A DNA stretch of 63,174 nucleotides, counting the filler, from Octopus bimaculoides (Eukaryota), in NCBI RefSeq assembly GCF_001194135.2. It is 7 parts of 7 records of this genome, joined end to end, with 100 filler letters (N's around TTAATTAATTAA, not from the genome) between each part and the next. Parts side by side here need not be neighbours in the genome. Positions count along the whole stretch, not along the records: positions 8,128 to 15,314 come from NC_068991.1; positions 15,415 to 33,411 come from NC_068988.1; 5 more parts are not named here. One strand, given 5' to 3'. A model generated the notes under the pieces. The model was not told the origin of the DNA. It ran no database searches and worked only from the letters and a program-made list of their open reading frames with translations. A program made the translations under genes and the position numbers. Below are positions 10,430 to 24,002 of the stretch, piece after piece. Positions within the stretch are counted from its first letter, which is position 1. Every line of letters begins with the position of its first letter.

Positions 10430-11861
10430 NNNNNNNNNNNNNNNNNNNNNNNNNNNNNNNNNNNNNNNNNNNNNNNNNNNNNNNNNNNNNNNNNNNNNNN
10501 NNNNNNNNNNNNNNNNNNNNNNNNNNNNNNNNNNNNNNNNNNNNNNNNNNNNNNNNNNNNNNNNNNNNNNNNNNNNNNNNNNNNNNNNNNNNNNNNNNNN
10601 NNNNNNNNNNNNNNNNNNNNNNNNNNNNNNNNNNNNNNNNNNNNNNNNNNNNNNNNNNNNNNNNNNNNNNNNNNNNNNNNNNNNNNNNNNNNNNNNNNNN
10701 NNNNNNNNNNNNNNNNNNNNNNNNNNNNNNNNNNNNNNNNNNNNNNNNNNNNNNNNNNNNNNNNNNNNNNNNNNNNNNNNNNNNNNNNNNNNNNNNNNNN
10801 NNNNNNNNNNNNNNNNNNNNNNNNNNNNNNNNNNNNNNNNNNNNNNNNNNNNNNNNNNNNNNNNNNNNNNNNNNNNNNNNNNNNNNNNNNNNNNNNNNNN
10901 NNNNNNNNNNNNNNNNNNNNNNNNNNNNNNNNNNNNNNNNNNNNNNNNNNNNNNNNNNNNNNNNNNNNNNNNNNNNNNNNNNNNNNNNNNNNNNNNNNNN
11001 NNNNNNNNNNNNNNNNNNNNNNNNNNNNNNNNNNNNNNNNNNNNNNNNNNNNNNNNNNNNNNNNNNNNNNNNNNNNNNNNNNNNNNNNNNNNNNNNNNNN
11101 NNNNNNNNNNNNNNNNNNNNNNNNNNNNNNNNNNNNNNNNNNNNNNNNNNNNNNNNNNNNNNNNNNNNNNNNNNNNNNNNNNNNNNNNNNNNNNNNNNNN
11201 NNNNNNNNNNNNNNNNNNNNNNNNNNNNNNNNNNTATATATATATATATATATATCCATATATATGTATATATATACACATATAAATATAAATACTTTTA
11301 TCTATCAGTGTTTCCTCATACCAGAATGTATTATTTATTCCTCCTCTCAAAATTCACACAACATTGGAATTGCTAGCATTTATTATCCCTCTGGAATGAA
11401 TACCCCTCAATATACTGAGCAATATATATCCAAAACATAACTCTTACTTACCTATCATTTCTCTTACCAGAATGATTTACCACAAGAAGATTCGATCTAA
11501 CTGGATTTAATTTGACCCTCTCACCCTCCTGGGCATAAGGAACCACAACAAATATCATTGATGAGGAACACTCTTCCACTGTCTAGCCTATATTTCTCCG
11601 ATGATGGAATACCCACTTTACAGAGTCTTCGCTCGATACGACGCCCTAATACCTGGGATATCCCAGAAACAGCTGTAGTATTTTCACCATTTGTTATGTC
11701 GCTAAACTTTATATTGAATTAAACGTCCTTGTGCTGTTGCCTAACTGTTTGCCATACCTCTTCATTTTAAGTTATTCCTACTGACTCAAAGGGATGTCAT
11801 CTATAGTCAGAAAGGTCAGGAAATTGGGTAATGGGTTCCCCACAAACTTTCCGAGTCTAAT

Positions 11862-12593
11862 CGCGCGCAGAGAGTGGATGTGTACTCTTCTTTGCTGTCA
11901 CGTCTCGCGTTTGAACCTTTTTTGGACCGAATAATGACTGGTGAGGAGAAATGGGCTCTCTATAAAAATGCCAAACGTCGAAGACAGTGGGCAAGGAAAG
12001 GAGAACACTGGCATCCCAGGCTAAAGAAGGTCTTCACCCACGTAAGGAGCTGTTATCTGTTTGGTGGGATATGAAATGTCTAGTCCACTTTGAACTTTTA
12101 AACTCAGACCGAACGATAACAAAGGAGATCTACTGCAAGCAGCTTGAGCGGCTTAAGTTAGCGCTAGAAGAAAAACGACCATCTTTGGTTTCAAAACGAA
12201 AGGTGTTCTTCGATCAGGATAACGGTCGGTCACACACAGCGAGGATGACATTCCAAAGGCTGGAGCAGTTTGAATGGGAGACGATGCCCTACCCACTATA
12301 TTCGCCGGACAGTATCCCATCCGATCATCATTTATTCTGCAGTCTTCAAAATCATTTGAATTGAAAAAATATGAATTCTGTAGATGAGGTGAGAACAGTA
12401 CTAGAGGAGCATTTTTCGTCACGGACAATTGAATTTTGGAAGCGGGGCTTCGCAAGTCTACCACATAGATAGAAGAACGTCGTAGAAAATGAGGGAGACT
12501 ATATTTTAGATTTAAAAAGAACTCTGTTTATCTTAATTGTGGAAAATAAGAGAAGTATACAAAAAACAGCATTATTTATGGGATAACTTAATA
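11862..12593 (+). mobile_element. Mariner transposon 3' half with 3' TIR and TA target
   Basis: Peptides IMTGEEKWALYKN, HPRKELLSVWWDMK, DQDNGRSHTA and YSPDSIPSDHHLFCSLQNHL. The TIR ends ...GGGATAACTTAA at 12591 followed by TA. Frameshifted. Confidence 0.9.
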
Positions 12594-12597
12594 TATA

Positions 12598-13508
12598 TCA
12601 CCTACATATGTGGGAAATTTCGTCTGTGGGTGTATTTGTGGAGTTGTTAGCTAACTCCTCCTAAATCGTTTTATCGATTTTGATGAAACTTGATACTTGA
12701 CTAGAACACAAGTCTGGAAACCTCATGGCATACTCAGATTGTTGAAAAAATCGATAATAGGGCCCCTGGAAGGGATCCTTATATATATCTAATATATTGC
12801 ATTTTTAAAATCAAGGGAAATAACTCATTTGCCCCTGGAAGGGATCCTTATATATAGCTAAGGAAAATAACCAATTAATTTTCCTAAATCATTTGGTAAA
12901 AATGAAATTGAGTATGCTTATTTCTTGGTATTTGAACTGTTAGAGTTATTTTCGCAATTTATCTAGTACATCCCTTAAACAAGTAAATAGTATTTTCCTA
13001 AACATTAGATCCAATTATTTCGGTTAGTGATTTATTCACGAATATACCAACACTAGCGCCCCTGAGGGTAATATTCTTTGGGACCGCACAAAAGCCCTTT
13101 TCAGAATTATTTGAATTGTTATTATCTGATATCTAATTAACCTGTTATTACGTAACATACAGCACGATTTTAGTATACATACATTATCAGTATTTCCTCC
13201 TATGTTCTATATACTTTAGGAACGCATTAAAGCTCTTTTCCGGGCTACTTTATATGAATTCTTACTATCGAGTAACTAACTCCATGTTATTAGATAACTG
13301 ACTTCACAATTTGGGTATTCATAACTTATTGGGAATTCCTAAAAACAAGATCCTGTGTAAGACAGTTTGGTATTTTCTGTAAATGCACAAAAAACCGTTT
13401 TAAGGGCTACACACTTTGTATTGTTGTTATTGGATTAGCAAAACAATTATGAGAACGGAACCAAGGGATAAGCCCCACTTTCCAAGGAATTACCGGGCAC
13501 GTCAGCTA

Positions 13509-13509
<1 letters not shown>
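12598..13509 (+). mobile_element. Non-autonomous Helitron, apparently complete
   Basis: A|TC start at 12598 and ...CCGGGCACGTCAG-CTAG|T end at 13509. Internal 26-bp direct repeat at 12762-12787 and 12831-12856. Confidence 0.7.
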
Positions 13510-13570
<61 letters not shown>

Positions 13571-13943
13571 ATATATACATACTTACATAGATAGGTACAT
13601 ATGTATATATGGTGGGAGTAATCCTGTGTCCTAACCTACTCCCTTTTCCCTCTCTCACTCTCTTTCTCTCTCTTTCTTTTCCTCTCTCTCTCTCTTTCCC
13701 TCTCTCCCTCTCTCCCTTTCTTTCTCTCTCATCTTACAAATTTTTACCTAGAAAATTTCAACTATTCAAAATCATATCTTTAAATTCCTCATTTTTACGT
13801 CATTTATCCGTCTGTTTGCGATATAAGTATATAACAATGTGCGTATAAGCGTTTATGTGTGTGTGTGTGTGTGCATATATTTGTGTATGTATATATTCAC
13901 ACACGCGCACATACATACATATGTGTATATGCATGTATATATT

Positions 13944-13979
<36 letters not shown>

Positions 13980-15208
13980 NNNNNNNNNNNNNNNNNNNNN
14001 NNNNNNNNNNNNNNNNNNNNNNNNNNNNNNNNNNNNNNNNNNNNNNNNNNNNNNNNNNNNNNNNNNNNNNNNNNNNNNNNNNNNNNNNNNNNNNNNNNNN
14101 NNNNNNNNNNNNNNNNNNNNNNNNNNNNNNNNNNNNNNNNNNNNNNNNNNNNNNNNNNNNNNNNNNNNNNNNNNNNNNNNNNNNNNNNNNNNNNNNNNNN
14201 NNNNNNNNNNNNNNNNNNNNNNNNNNNNNNNNNNNNNNNNNNNNNNNNNNNNNNNNNNNNNNNNNNNNNNNNNNNNNNNNNNNNNNNNNNNNNNNNNNNN
14301 NNNNNNNNNNNNNNNNNNNNNNNNNNNNNNNNNNNNNNNNNNNNNNNNNNNNNNNNNNNNNNNNNNNNNNNNNNNNNNNNNNNNNNNNNNNNNNNNNNNN
14401 NNNNNNNNNNNNNNNNNNNNNNNNNNNNNNNNNNNNNNNNNNNNNNNNNNNNNNNNNNNNNNNNNNNNNNNNNNNNNNNNNNNNNNNNNNNNNNNNNNNN
14501 NNNNNNNNNNNNNNNNNNNNNNNNNNNNNNNNNNNNNNNNNNNNNNNNNNNNNNNNNNNNNNNNNNNNNNNNNNNNNNNNNNNNNNNNNNNNNNNNNNNN
14601 NNNNNNNNNNNNNNNNNNNNNNNNNNNNNNNNNNNNNNNNNNNNNNNNNNNNNNNNNNNNATGTGTTTTAAGAGAGATTTGGCTGCTATTTGTGGTAGCT
14701 CAAGTTACCACAGAGACACCTCTGTGTATGTCTGTGTGGTGGTGGTGGTGGGGGGGGCGGGTTGTGGTGAAAAAGTACTTTTTCTCAGAATATTTTGCGC
14801 AATAATATTTCAAGAAATCTGGTCATCTTCCTAACTAGTACCTATTCAACTTCAAATTACAATTGTTAATTGTTGGAAGTCAAGTAGACTGAGTTGTACA
14901 TATAGTGTTATCGTATAGAATGGAAGTTCAATACGAAGTTTTGTACTCATTATCTTGTGGTTAGTAATCCATTACCTTAAATTTGAAGCCATTAAGTCTT
15001 TAAATATTATTTTACTGGAGATTGTTTTTGCGAGTATCTCCATGATGGGTATCGCATTCAAGAATTTGATTGATTATACTAACGCCAGTTCGTATTTCAA
15101 TCTGGCATTTATTTTATAGATTTCTGTTTGATGAACTGCTAACTTTGAGACATAGTGAGACACAAAACTCGATTTAACAATAAATGTAAACACATACACA
15201 CACATATT

Positions 15209-15314
15209 AGGTGCAAGCATGACTGTGTGGTTGAAAAGTTTGCTTCCCAACCTCATGGTTTCATGTTCAGTCCCTCTGCATGGTACCTTGGGCAAGTGTT
15301 TTCTACTATAGCCC
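15209..15314 (+). mobile_element. SINE family A head (cut by linker gap)
   Basis: Similar to 7131-7262. Confidence 0.8.
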
Positions 15315-15478
15315 NNNNNNNNNNNNNNNNNNNNNNNNNNNNNNNNNNNNNNNNNNNNTTAATTAATTAANNNNNNNNNNNNNNNNNNNNNNNNNNNNNN
15401 NNNNNNNNNNNNNNTATATATATATGTATAAATATGTGTATATATATGTGTGTGTATATATATATATGTATATATATA

Positions 15479-15519
<41 letters not shown>

Positions 15520-15879
15520 AGTGAGAGAGAGTGACAGAAGCAATATTAATACCAAAAGGTAAAATATTCACCACCTAAAAGTAGATGTTATGTTAGAACA
15601 CACAAATACTGCGATGTTATCCAAGAGAGAAAAGCTCATATAGTTTTATGGTACATAAAAGCACATCATAGCTATTGCCAGCAGCAAACAGTCACAGCTA
15701 CTTCCATTACTAGGATTACCAGATCACATGACTTTGACCTCTTTTGGCTGCTGAAAATAGCAGTAACAGCCACACTAGCAATATACATATACCCAGCTAG
15801 ATGCATGGTGATGGCAAACCTGAGAGGTAATCGCAAATGAAATGAAAACAAAATACTTGCACTTGTTTAGAAGCTCTGA

Positions 15880-16335
15880 GTTACAAAAACACATTTTACT
15901 GGACCTAGAAACAGCTAAAGTCTAGAATGACAAAGAGCCATAATGCCTCAGTGTGTATCATACAAACTAAGCAAGAATCCTTAATCACTAATTCAGGGTC
16001 TTGCAATCTTTTCAGTTAATAAAAAAGGGCTTCTATTATTCACTATTGCTTAGCCCCTTAGCATTTAGATTACTTTGTCAAAAATAATGTTTATTTACTC
16101 ACATAGTTACAAAACACCCTTTACTGGACCTAGAAACAGCTAAAGCCTAGAATGACAAAGAGCCATAATGCCTCAGTGTGTATCATACAAACTAAGCAAG
16201 AATCCTTAATCACTAATTCAGGGTCTTGCAATCTTTTCAGTTAATAAAAAAGGGCTTCTATTATTCACTTTTGTTTAACTCCATAGCATTCAGATTACTC
16301 TGTAAAAAATAATATTTATTTACTCACATTGTTTT
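15880..16335 (+). repeat. Tandem duplication, period about 225 bp
   Basis: Units start at 15880 and 16105 (GTTACAAAA..ACTGGACCTAGAAACAGC); the first about 165 bp are nearly identical. Confidence 0.9.
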
Positions 16336-16500
16336 GAGTTCATCATGTATATCTCGTAACTTCAAGGTTGTGAAGTGATTCTTTACTTTTAGAATGACTG
16401 TAAAGAGTAGCAGTGAGTGGACCAGATCTGGTTTGTGTAAACAAAGAACAGGTAGAATATTTTGACCAAATATGGCTTGTCTAACTACTAAAGGGGTTAA
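16275..16500. mobile_element. piggyBac-like MITE flanked by TTAA
   Basis: TTAA at 16275-16278 and 16497-16500, with imperfect TIRs (CTCCATAGCATT / ACTACTAAAGGGG). Confidence 0.65.
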
Positions 16501-16507
16501 CTGTGTG

Positions 16508-16551
<44 letters not shown>

Positions 16552-17204
16552 CGTTTGCTCATTTACCGTTCTGAGGTTTCATTCATCATCAACAGTCTAT
16601 TCACTAATCTACTTACTTAATACATTATTAATGAATATTGATAATAAATGACTGCAGAGAAACAGATGATGAAGATGATAAATACATCAGTAATTTAATA
16701 ATGTAAATAAACAACGAGTAATACCGAGTAAATAACAAACAGTTAGAAGTAAACATTAAAAGGTACTGCGTAAACAACAAACAACATTATGTAAACCAGA
16801 ATAATATATAGATGAACAAAGCACTAAATATTCCCCAAAGAGTAAACAACAACAATATTAAAACAATATGAAAATAACAAAAAGGTAAATAATTTAGTGA
16901 GAGCAAGATCATAAACAGTAGTTGATGAAATAATAATATACTAGTGAATCTACACTCATGTAGACACATACAAGCACGCACTCGTGTGAGTGCACACACA
17001 CACACCCACACATACACGTACATACACACACACATATCAGACTGTGTGGGGGAGGTTTAATTGTAGATAAAAATAAATGAAAAAAATAAATAAGTAAATA
17101 TACATAAACGAAAACAAATGAAAATGGCTAAAAATACAGGATAAAAGCACAGATTGATGCAACGCTTTTGAAAGTGAGGAGGATGATGTCAGTGGTCATG
17201 GGGA

Positions 17205-17300
17205 AAATGATGATGATGATGATGGTGATGACATTGACGATAACAATGACAATGATGATGATGATGATGATGATGATGATACCAGCGCCACTGCTGTTGT

Positions 17301-17336
<36 letters not shown>

Positions 17337-17366
17337 GGCTGCTGTTGCTGCTGCTGATGATGCTGC

Positions 17367-17415
<49 letters not shown>

Positions 17416-17489
17416 GGTGATGACAATGTCAATGACAACGATAATGATAATGATGATGATGACAATGTTGACAATAATGGTGAGGACTG

Positions 17490-17526
<37 letters not shown>

Positions 17527-17528
17527 AA
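17205..17528 (+). repeat. Compound (GAT)n/(GCT)n microsatellite
   Basis: Visible directly; source of the poly-I/M/S ORFs. Confidence 0.95.
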
Positions 17529-18004
17529 ATAAACTCAAGTAAACAATGGCAGTGTTTGTAAAAAAAAAAAAAAAAAGACAGTCAGACATTTTACAGCTAG
17601 ATCTTTCCGTGCTCTAGTAGAAACATCCGTGGAAACATTACACTTGGTTCATTGAATATCCTGTCATTGTTGTTGAACAAATTATCTAGTGCTTTAGCAG
17701 CCATGATTGTTTACTTGTGAACTGTATTAAGTAGGAAGGTTAGGATGGATGGGAGGAGGGGAAAGTTCAATGTCATCGTTGTCATCATCATCATCGCCAC
17801 TAGTTGAGTAAGGAAGGTAGACAAGCATTCTCTATCAAGTGTCCATGTGTTGAAATTTATATGCTTCAGACTGTTCTATGTCGTAAACACTACAATATTA
17901 TACTGAAACATACAACCTTTTTGTCTTTTATCTGTTGTGTGTATCAGTCGCTGGACTGTGGCCATGCTGGAGTGCGTTCTTGATTTTAAAAAAATTTTGT
18001 TGAA

Positions 18005-18158
18005 CATGGTAAGTAGCTTGTTTGCCAACCACATGGTTTTGGATTCAGTCCCATTGTGTGGTACCTTGAGCAAGTGTCTTCTACTATAGCCTTGGGCCGA
18101 CCAAAGCCTTGTGAGTGAATTTGGTAGACGGAAACTGAAAAGAAGCCCGTCGTATATA

Positions 18159-18189
<31 letters not shown>

Positions 18190-18381
18190 TTTGTCCCTCC
18201 AACATCGCTTGACAACCAATGCTGGTGTGTTTACGTCCCCGTAACTTAGCGGTTCGGCAAAAGAGACCAATAGAATAAGTACTAGGCTTACAAAGAATAA
18301 GTCCTGGCGTCGATTTGCTCGACTAAAGGTGGTGCTCCAGCATGGCTGCAGTCAAATGACTGAAAGAAGTAAAAGAGTAAA
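18005..18381 (+). mobile_element. SINE family A, near full length
   Basis: Head, CORE-like segment, (TG)n and the tail ending AAAAGAGTAAAA. Confidence 0.9.
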
Positions 18382-18731
18382 ATTGACCCCAGTATTTATT
18401 TGTGAGTCTGGCACTTGAAAAGCAATCTATTTGTTCAAACCGTTAAGTTGTGGGGATGTTATCTAACAGGCACCAGTGGAGGACAAACACAACACAAAGA
18501 CACATACACATTCACACACACATGTGCGTGTGCGCATACACAAACACATGATGGACAAATTTCAATTTCTGTCTAGCAAATCCACTGACAAAGTTTTCGT
18601 TGTGACTCAAGGTGCCATGCAATGGGACTGAACTCAAGATCACTTTGTTGAGTAGCAAGCTTCGTGATCACACAGCCATAGAGCAGCACCTTTGCTTCTG
18701 TTATATTCTCTTGTCTTACATTGCCTTAAGA

Positions 18732-19113
18732 GTGGAGGCGCAATGGCCCAGTGGTTAGGGCAGCGGACTCGCGGTCATAGGATCGCGGTTTCGATTCCCA
18801 GACCAGGCGTTGTGAGTGTTTATTGAGCGAAAACACCTAAAGCTCTACGAGGCTCCGGCTGGGGATGGTGACAAACCCTGCTGTACTCTTCCATCACAAC
18901 TTTCTCTCACTCTTACTTCCTGTTTCTGTTGTGCCTGTAATTTAAACGGTCAGCCTTGTCACACTGTGTCATGCTGAATATCCCCGAGAACTACGTTAAG
19001 GGTACACATGTCTGTGGAGTGCTCAGCCACTTGCACGTTAATTTCACAAGCAGGCTGTTCCGTTGATCGGATCAACTGGAACCCTTGACGTCGTAAGTGA
19101 TGGAATGCCAACA
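18732..19113 (+). mobile_element. tRNA-derived SINE family C, full length with TSD
   Basis: A box TGGCCCAGTGG and B box GTTTCGATTCC. TSD ACATTGCCTTAA (18718-18729) / ACATTACCTTAA (19114-19125). An inverted copy lies at 60057-60400. Confidence 0.9.
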
Positions 19114-20519
19114 ACATTACCTTAAACGCTAAACCATGAGCAAAAGCAACATCCTAGTTCCTTATATCAAGTTCCACATGTTTCTGTTGATTGAATCCAC
19201 TGTGTGGCAAGTTTATCATATCATGGACAGTTGGACATATGTACCAATACTGAACACAGCCTAAACCACTTTCACTTTTTATAACATTACACATGAGACA
19301 AGGGAACCTCAACATGCTAGCTTCATTAAGTATTAAATGATGCATGCAAAAACTTCTCAATTAATTGAAGGTTACCTTTTATCTGGGGATAGAAAGTAAA
19401 AAAGAAAAAGGAAATCTATTGGTTGTTTTTACTGATGCACATAAAAGAAATTATGGATAAATTTCACAAAATGAATTTACTTAAGAGAAAATGAATATAC
19501 GTAAGGAAAACTCTTATCTTTGTCTGCATGCAAGGAAACAGTTGTTGACGTGTTTCTCTCATAATGGATCTCATCAGTAAAGCATAATTTTATCCAGTTT
19601 GCTTCGATCAATCAACAATGGTGTTTATATATAGAATAAGAAGTTATGAGGAATTTTAGATTGCAGAAATTTTCAGAATTAAAAGAGAAATTTAGTTATG
19701 GAAAATGACTCAAATGGATAAACAGTATGAATTTAGATGAATAAATTAGGGGCTGATGTACTGAATGATGTGAATACCTAAACCTGATGTGTGTGTGTGT
19801 GTCAGTGTATCTGTGTCTGTGTGTCTATGTGTCTTTGTGTTTGTGTTTTGGAACACTGCACCATTGCCCAAGAGACTGACAGGTCTATACTTATGTATGC
19901 TGTGGTATGCTATCAGTAAATAGATTCTACAGGGCAGCCCAATATACTGCTTCATTCATCGGCCTCAGAAGTCTATGGACCAATTCTGATCTCTATATGC
20001 TGTTGTGTGCTATCAACAGATACTACAGGGCCTTGTGCATTGATTTTCTCAGGGTCTTACGATACTGCTAAGATAGCCCAGATTATAGCACAAGACAGTC
20101 TGATAACACATGGTATGCTACAGCACATTTACTGGAAGCGTCTTATTCAGGAAGGGTCTGTTAATCATCATAATGTAATACAAGCATAAGAATCTCCTGT
20201 TCAGACATGTCTGAAGATTTTGGGGATGTCAAATTGACACAAATACTGATTCTGAGTTCTCAATAAATGCCTTCAGGCTGATTAGCCAGTAATACAAAAG
20301 AGTTATTATCCAAGGCATCTAGTTCTCTAGAAACTATATTGGCTGTTGTCAATGCTGTTGTTGATGTTATTGTTGTTGTTTAAAACCAAGTCTATTCTGA
20401 TTAAGCATACATATGGTCAAAAGTGTTAAAAAATTTTTCTCAAATTACATTACATTACATAACATATCCTATAGTTTGGCTGACCATTAGGGCACCATGA
20501 ATGACTTTTCAACTGGATC

Positions 20520-20870
20520 CCTCCACCCATCTCTGTCTTCTGCCTCTCACACTGCATCTCTCACCTTTAGGCCTGTCCACTCACAGATGTTGCTTTTCCA
20601 CCTCGCTCTCTGTCTGTCTCTGTCACCTTTGATTGTTCCCTGAAGGATTGTTTTGGCCATCCCAGATGAGCGGGTGACATGCTTAAACCACCTGAGCTTG
20701 TGCTTCTTTACTGTGATAAGAAGTTCCTCAAAGGGCTCTATTGCCTGCCTTATTCTTCTCTTCACTTCCTCATTTGTGACATGATCTCTGTTGTTTTGGC
20801 AATGCAGGATATCACTTTAGACGTGGGACTTTGGTCGCTCACTATCAACCCAAGATACATTCTCAAATAT
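20520..20870 (-). pseudogene. RTE-clade LINE 3' ORF fragment
   Basis: HVTNEEVKRRIRQAIEPFEELLITVKKHKLRWFKHVTRSSGMAKTILQGTIKG is a typical RTE/BovB-like C-terminus. Confidence 0.85.
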
Positions 20871-20941
20871 AGGTTGTCAAAAATCATATTGAAAAATGTG
20901 TCCTTCGTTTCTTAGGACACAAGAATATTCCTGTTACTTAC

Positions 20942-21006
20942 AAATACATCAGTTCGAGTAATAGCATAGAGGCTCTGTCTTTGGTTAGCTGCTATACCTT
21001 CATTTA
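20942..21006 (-). CDS. Candidate internal exon (unverified): NEGIAANQRQSLYAITRTDVF
   Basis: Strong acceptor cctcttcacccttttcag and a perfect donor TTT|gtaagt; 65 nt, phase 1 to 0, open. No family recognised. Confidence 0.3.
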
Positions 21007-22366
21007 CTGAAAAGGGTGAAGAGGCATACTTAACAAAATGACTTATTGATGACACTGAATAATGGACAAGAGATTTACAGGCTTGCAACGATGTGTCCAA
21101 ATTGCCTTAAAATGGAATGTAGAAACTAAGATGATTTTTAGGCCACTGGTGTGTGGTCAGAAATGATAAGCTACAATGGGGATTGTTCTGTGACTGTGAG
21201 CTTCAGTGGAACAGTTCTAGGTGAATTTTTTGTGCGAAAGGAGTACTAGGAACGTACATCTTGTTGGGGAAATAAGCCACACGAATGTCTATGTATAGTG
21301 TATTTGTTTGCTTGTTAGTTTGCTTGTTTGTGTGTGTGTGTGTAAACACTGAAACTGATAGACACAATAATGAAAACATCAATATCATATTCTCTATAAA
21401 AACACTACAACAAAGAAGAAATAGATCATCATCATCATCTTTATCATCACCAACGACCAGCTTAATTAATGTTGCTGATCCATTGCAGTCAACACCTGTG
21501 CCACACAAGAGAAACCACAACCAAACAGCTCAACAAATATGATCAACAATAGTACATGTGAGTTTGTTGTGTCATCGTCGTCATCATCATCATCATCATC
21601 ATCATCATTGTCACCATCATCATTGTCACCATCATCTCAAGTTGCTTACTTTTTCTTTTCACCGCCTTTCCTCCCACACCATAAATATTATAAATATTTG
21701 TTGTATTATAATATATTCTGTTTCATCTAGATCGGTATTTTTATCACTAAATATAATAGGAAGTGGCCCTATTAAGATGTCTATGCAATTATATTTATAT
21801 GTATTTATCTGTGTGTTTTTGTGTGTGTGATTGTATGAGTGTGTGTGTGTATGTGTGGATGGTTGATGTGTATGTGTATGTGCATGTGTGTGTATGCGCA
21901 CGTATGTGTGTGAGTGTGAGTGTGTGTATGTGTGTGTGTGTGTGTGTATACATTAAACATATTTATATCCTATTTTCTTTGGCTATTTTTTTTTATAAAA
22001 TAAACTTGTTTTTAATCATTAATTAATGTATAAAACACACATGCTTCCACCCATATTCATTTGAGTGTGACCGTGCATGCACACACACACACATACACAC
22101 ACATACACACACACACAAAATTATTCAAAAGTGATATCGTTTTTCAGCTATCAATTTGTACCATATTACATTTTTTTATTCAAGACAAAATAGAAAAAAA
22201 GTATACATATAAAAAATCAAAAATTGAAATAATAATAAAGTTACTCTCGGATACTTCTCCTCTTCTTCTTTTCTTTTCTCTCCGCTAACAACACAAAGAA
22301 CAACCCTAACCAGCCACCCATTATATGTCAGTGACAGTATACACACACACATACACATACACACAC

Positions 22367-22428
<62 letters not shown>

Positions 22429-23218
22429 TTTTATACGATTATCATATACATACAGACTTTGATGCAGGATGTCACACATAATGTCACACACACCCATATA
22501 GTGAAAACACTGATAGTGAGCCGTCTGGAAAAGACAATAAAAGTCATCTTTAGCTTTTGTTTTCCCTTCCACACACATTAACAGCATATTAAAATGCCAA
22601 AATGAATTACAATATATAGCAGCACCGTTTCAATAGACTCGTTTTATCGGAGATATCTATTAAACTAAGCTAATGTGTTACTTGTGGACTGAGCCGAAAA
22701 AATTAATTGTCATTTGTCATCCTATAATGGCCAGATACTTTCTGAGTTCTGTCTAAAACGGAAGAAAGAACCGCACCCCGAACACCTTTTATAATCAACA
22801 TAAAATTATTTTTGTTGTTTTTTTTTAAAAAAAAGTCAAAAGAACATTGCCTGAAAATTGAAATGTCCTCAAAGAACATAAACAAAAATTGAAAAGAATT
22901 ACTCTCTTCCAGAATAAATCTTAAAACAAATAAACAATGAAAACGGTCTCCTACCACTACCACCAAAATATTCTAGAAACAACAATAACAACAACAAATG
23001 TAAAACAATATAATCTGAAATACAAATTTTATTTTGTGTGCACACTCGTGTATGTGTATGTGTGTGTGTGTGCGCATGTAATCTTGTATAATGAAGTCTT
23101 ATAGTTAGCTTTCTTCATAGGATAAATGACAAGTCACAGATTTTGATTTTTGATTCAAGCATCGTTACTTAATACTTTGCATTGAGTTCATGTCTAGTGA
23201 CATTTTATTTCTCAACAG

Positions 23219-23236
23219 ACTGGATGAATTAGCACT
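23219..23236 (+). CDS. Candidate 18-nt microexon (unverified)
   Basis: Acceptor cattttatttctcaacag, donor ACT|gtatgt; only phase 2 is open (LDELA). Confidence 0.2.
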
Positions 23237-23329
23237 GTATGTATTTAAGCGTAAAGCAGTTTGAAGTTATCTGTAATATCTATGTATGTGTATATGTGCG
23301 TGCATGCATCCAGGCACATATATACACCA

Positions 23330-23379
<50 letters not shown>

Positions 23380-23431
23380 ATGTGTTTGTGTGTGTATATA
23401 TNNNNNNNNNNTATATATGTGTGTATGTGTT

Positions 23432-23472
<41 letters not shown>

Positions 23473-23521
23473 GCATACACACACACACACACACATATAC
23501 ATATATACATATATATATATA

Positions 23522-23860
23522 TATTCTTTCTTTTACGTGTTTCAGTCATTTGACTGTGGCCATGCTGGAACACCGCCTTTAGTCAAGCAAGCCAAACCCT
23601 AGACTTATTCTTTGTAAGCCTAGCAATTATTCTATCGGTTTCTTTTGCCAAACCACTAAGTTACGGGGACGAAAAAACACATGAGCATTGGTTGTCAAGC
23701 GGCGTTGGGGTAACAAACACAGACGCACAAACATATACACACACATACATACATATATGTATATATATTTATATATATATATATATATATATACAATTAT
23801 ACAATGAGATTTTCTCAGTTTCCATCTATTGAATCCACTCAGGCTTTGGTTGGCCATATA
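23522..23860 (-). mobile_element. SINE family A (3' two-thirds)
   Basis: Reverse complement of the family A body and tail. Confidence 0.8.
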
Positions 23861-24002
23861 TATATATAATTCATAGATGAGAATCAGATATTCTCCATAT
23901 AGAATACATTTGTAATGCTCAAGAGATTTAAACTTGAGCAGGTATAGAAGTAAATGTAGGAAGTATGCTAAATTTATGAAATGCAAAAAAAAAGTAAATA
24001 TG

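Noticed and set aside
15550-15830. About 90 open codons on plus and a strong acceptor on minus
   Set aside because: No recognisable product, and the evidence on the two strands conflicts, so it cannot be called.
18732-18810. tRNA genes (also 39260, 40790, 58493)
   Set aside because: A/B boxes are present, but there is no acceptor stem and each continues into a SINE body.
19860-20270. LINE RT motif YRPVSLL on the minus strand
   Set aside because: An isolated heptapeptide without flanking RT motifs; left unclassified, like 11300-11860 and 42900-43400.
23370-23450. Direct repeat flanking a 10-N gap (similar at about 29010)
   Set aside because: Identical sequence on both sides of a minimal gap indicates unmerged overlapping contig ends.
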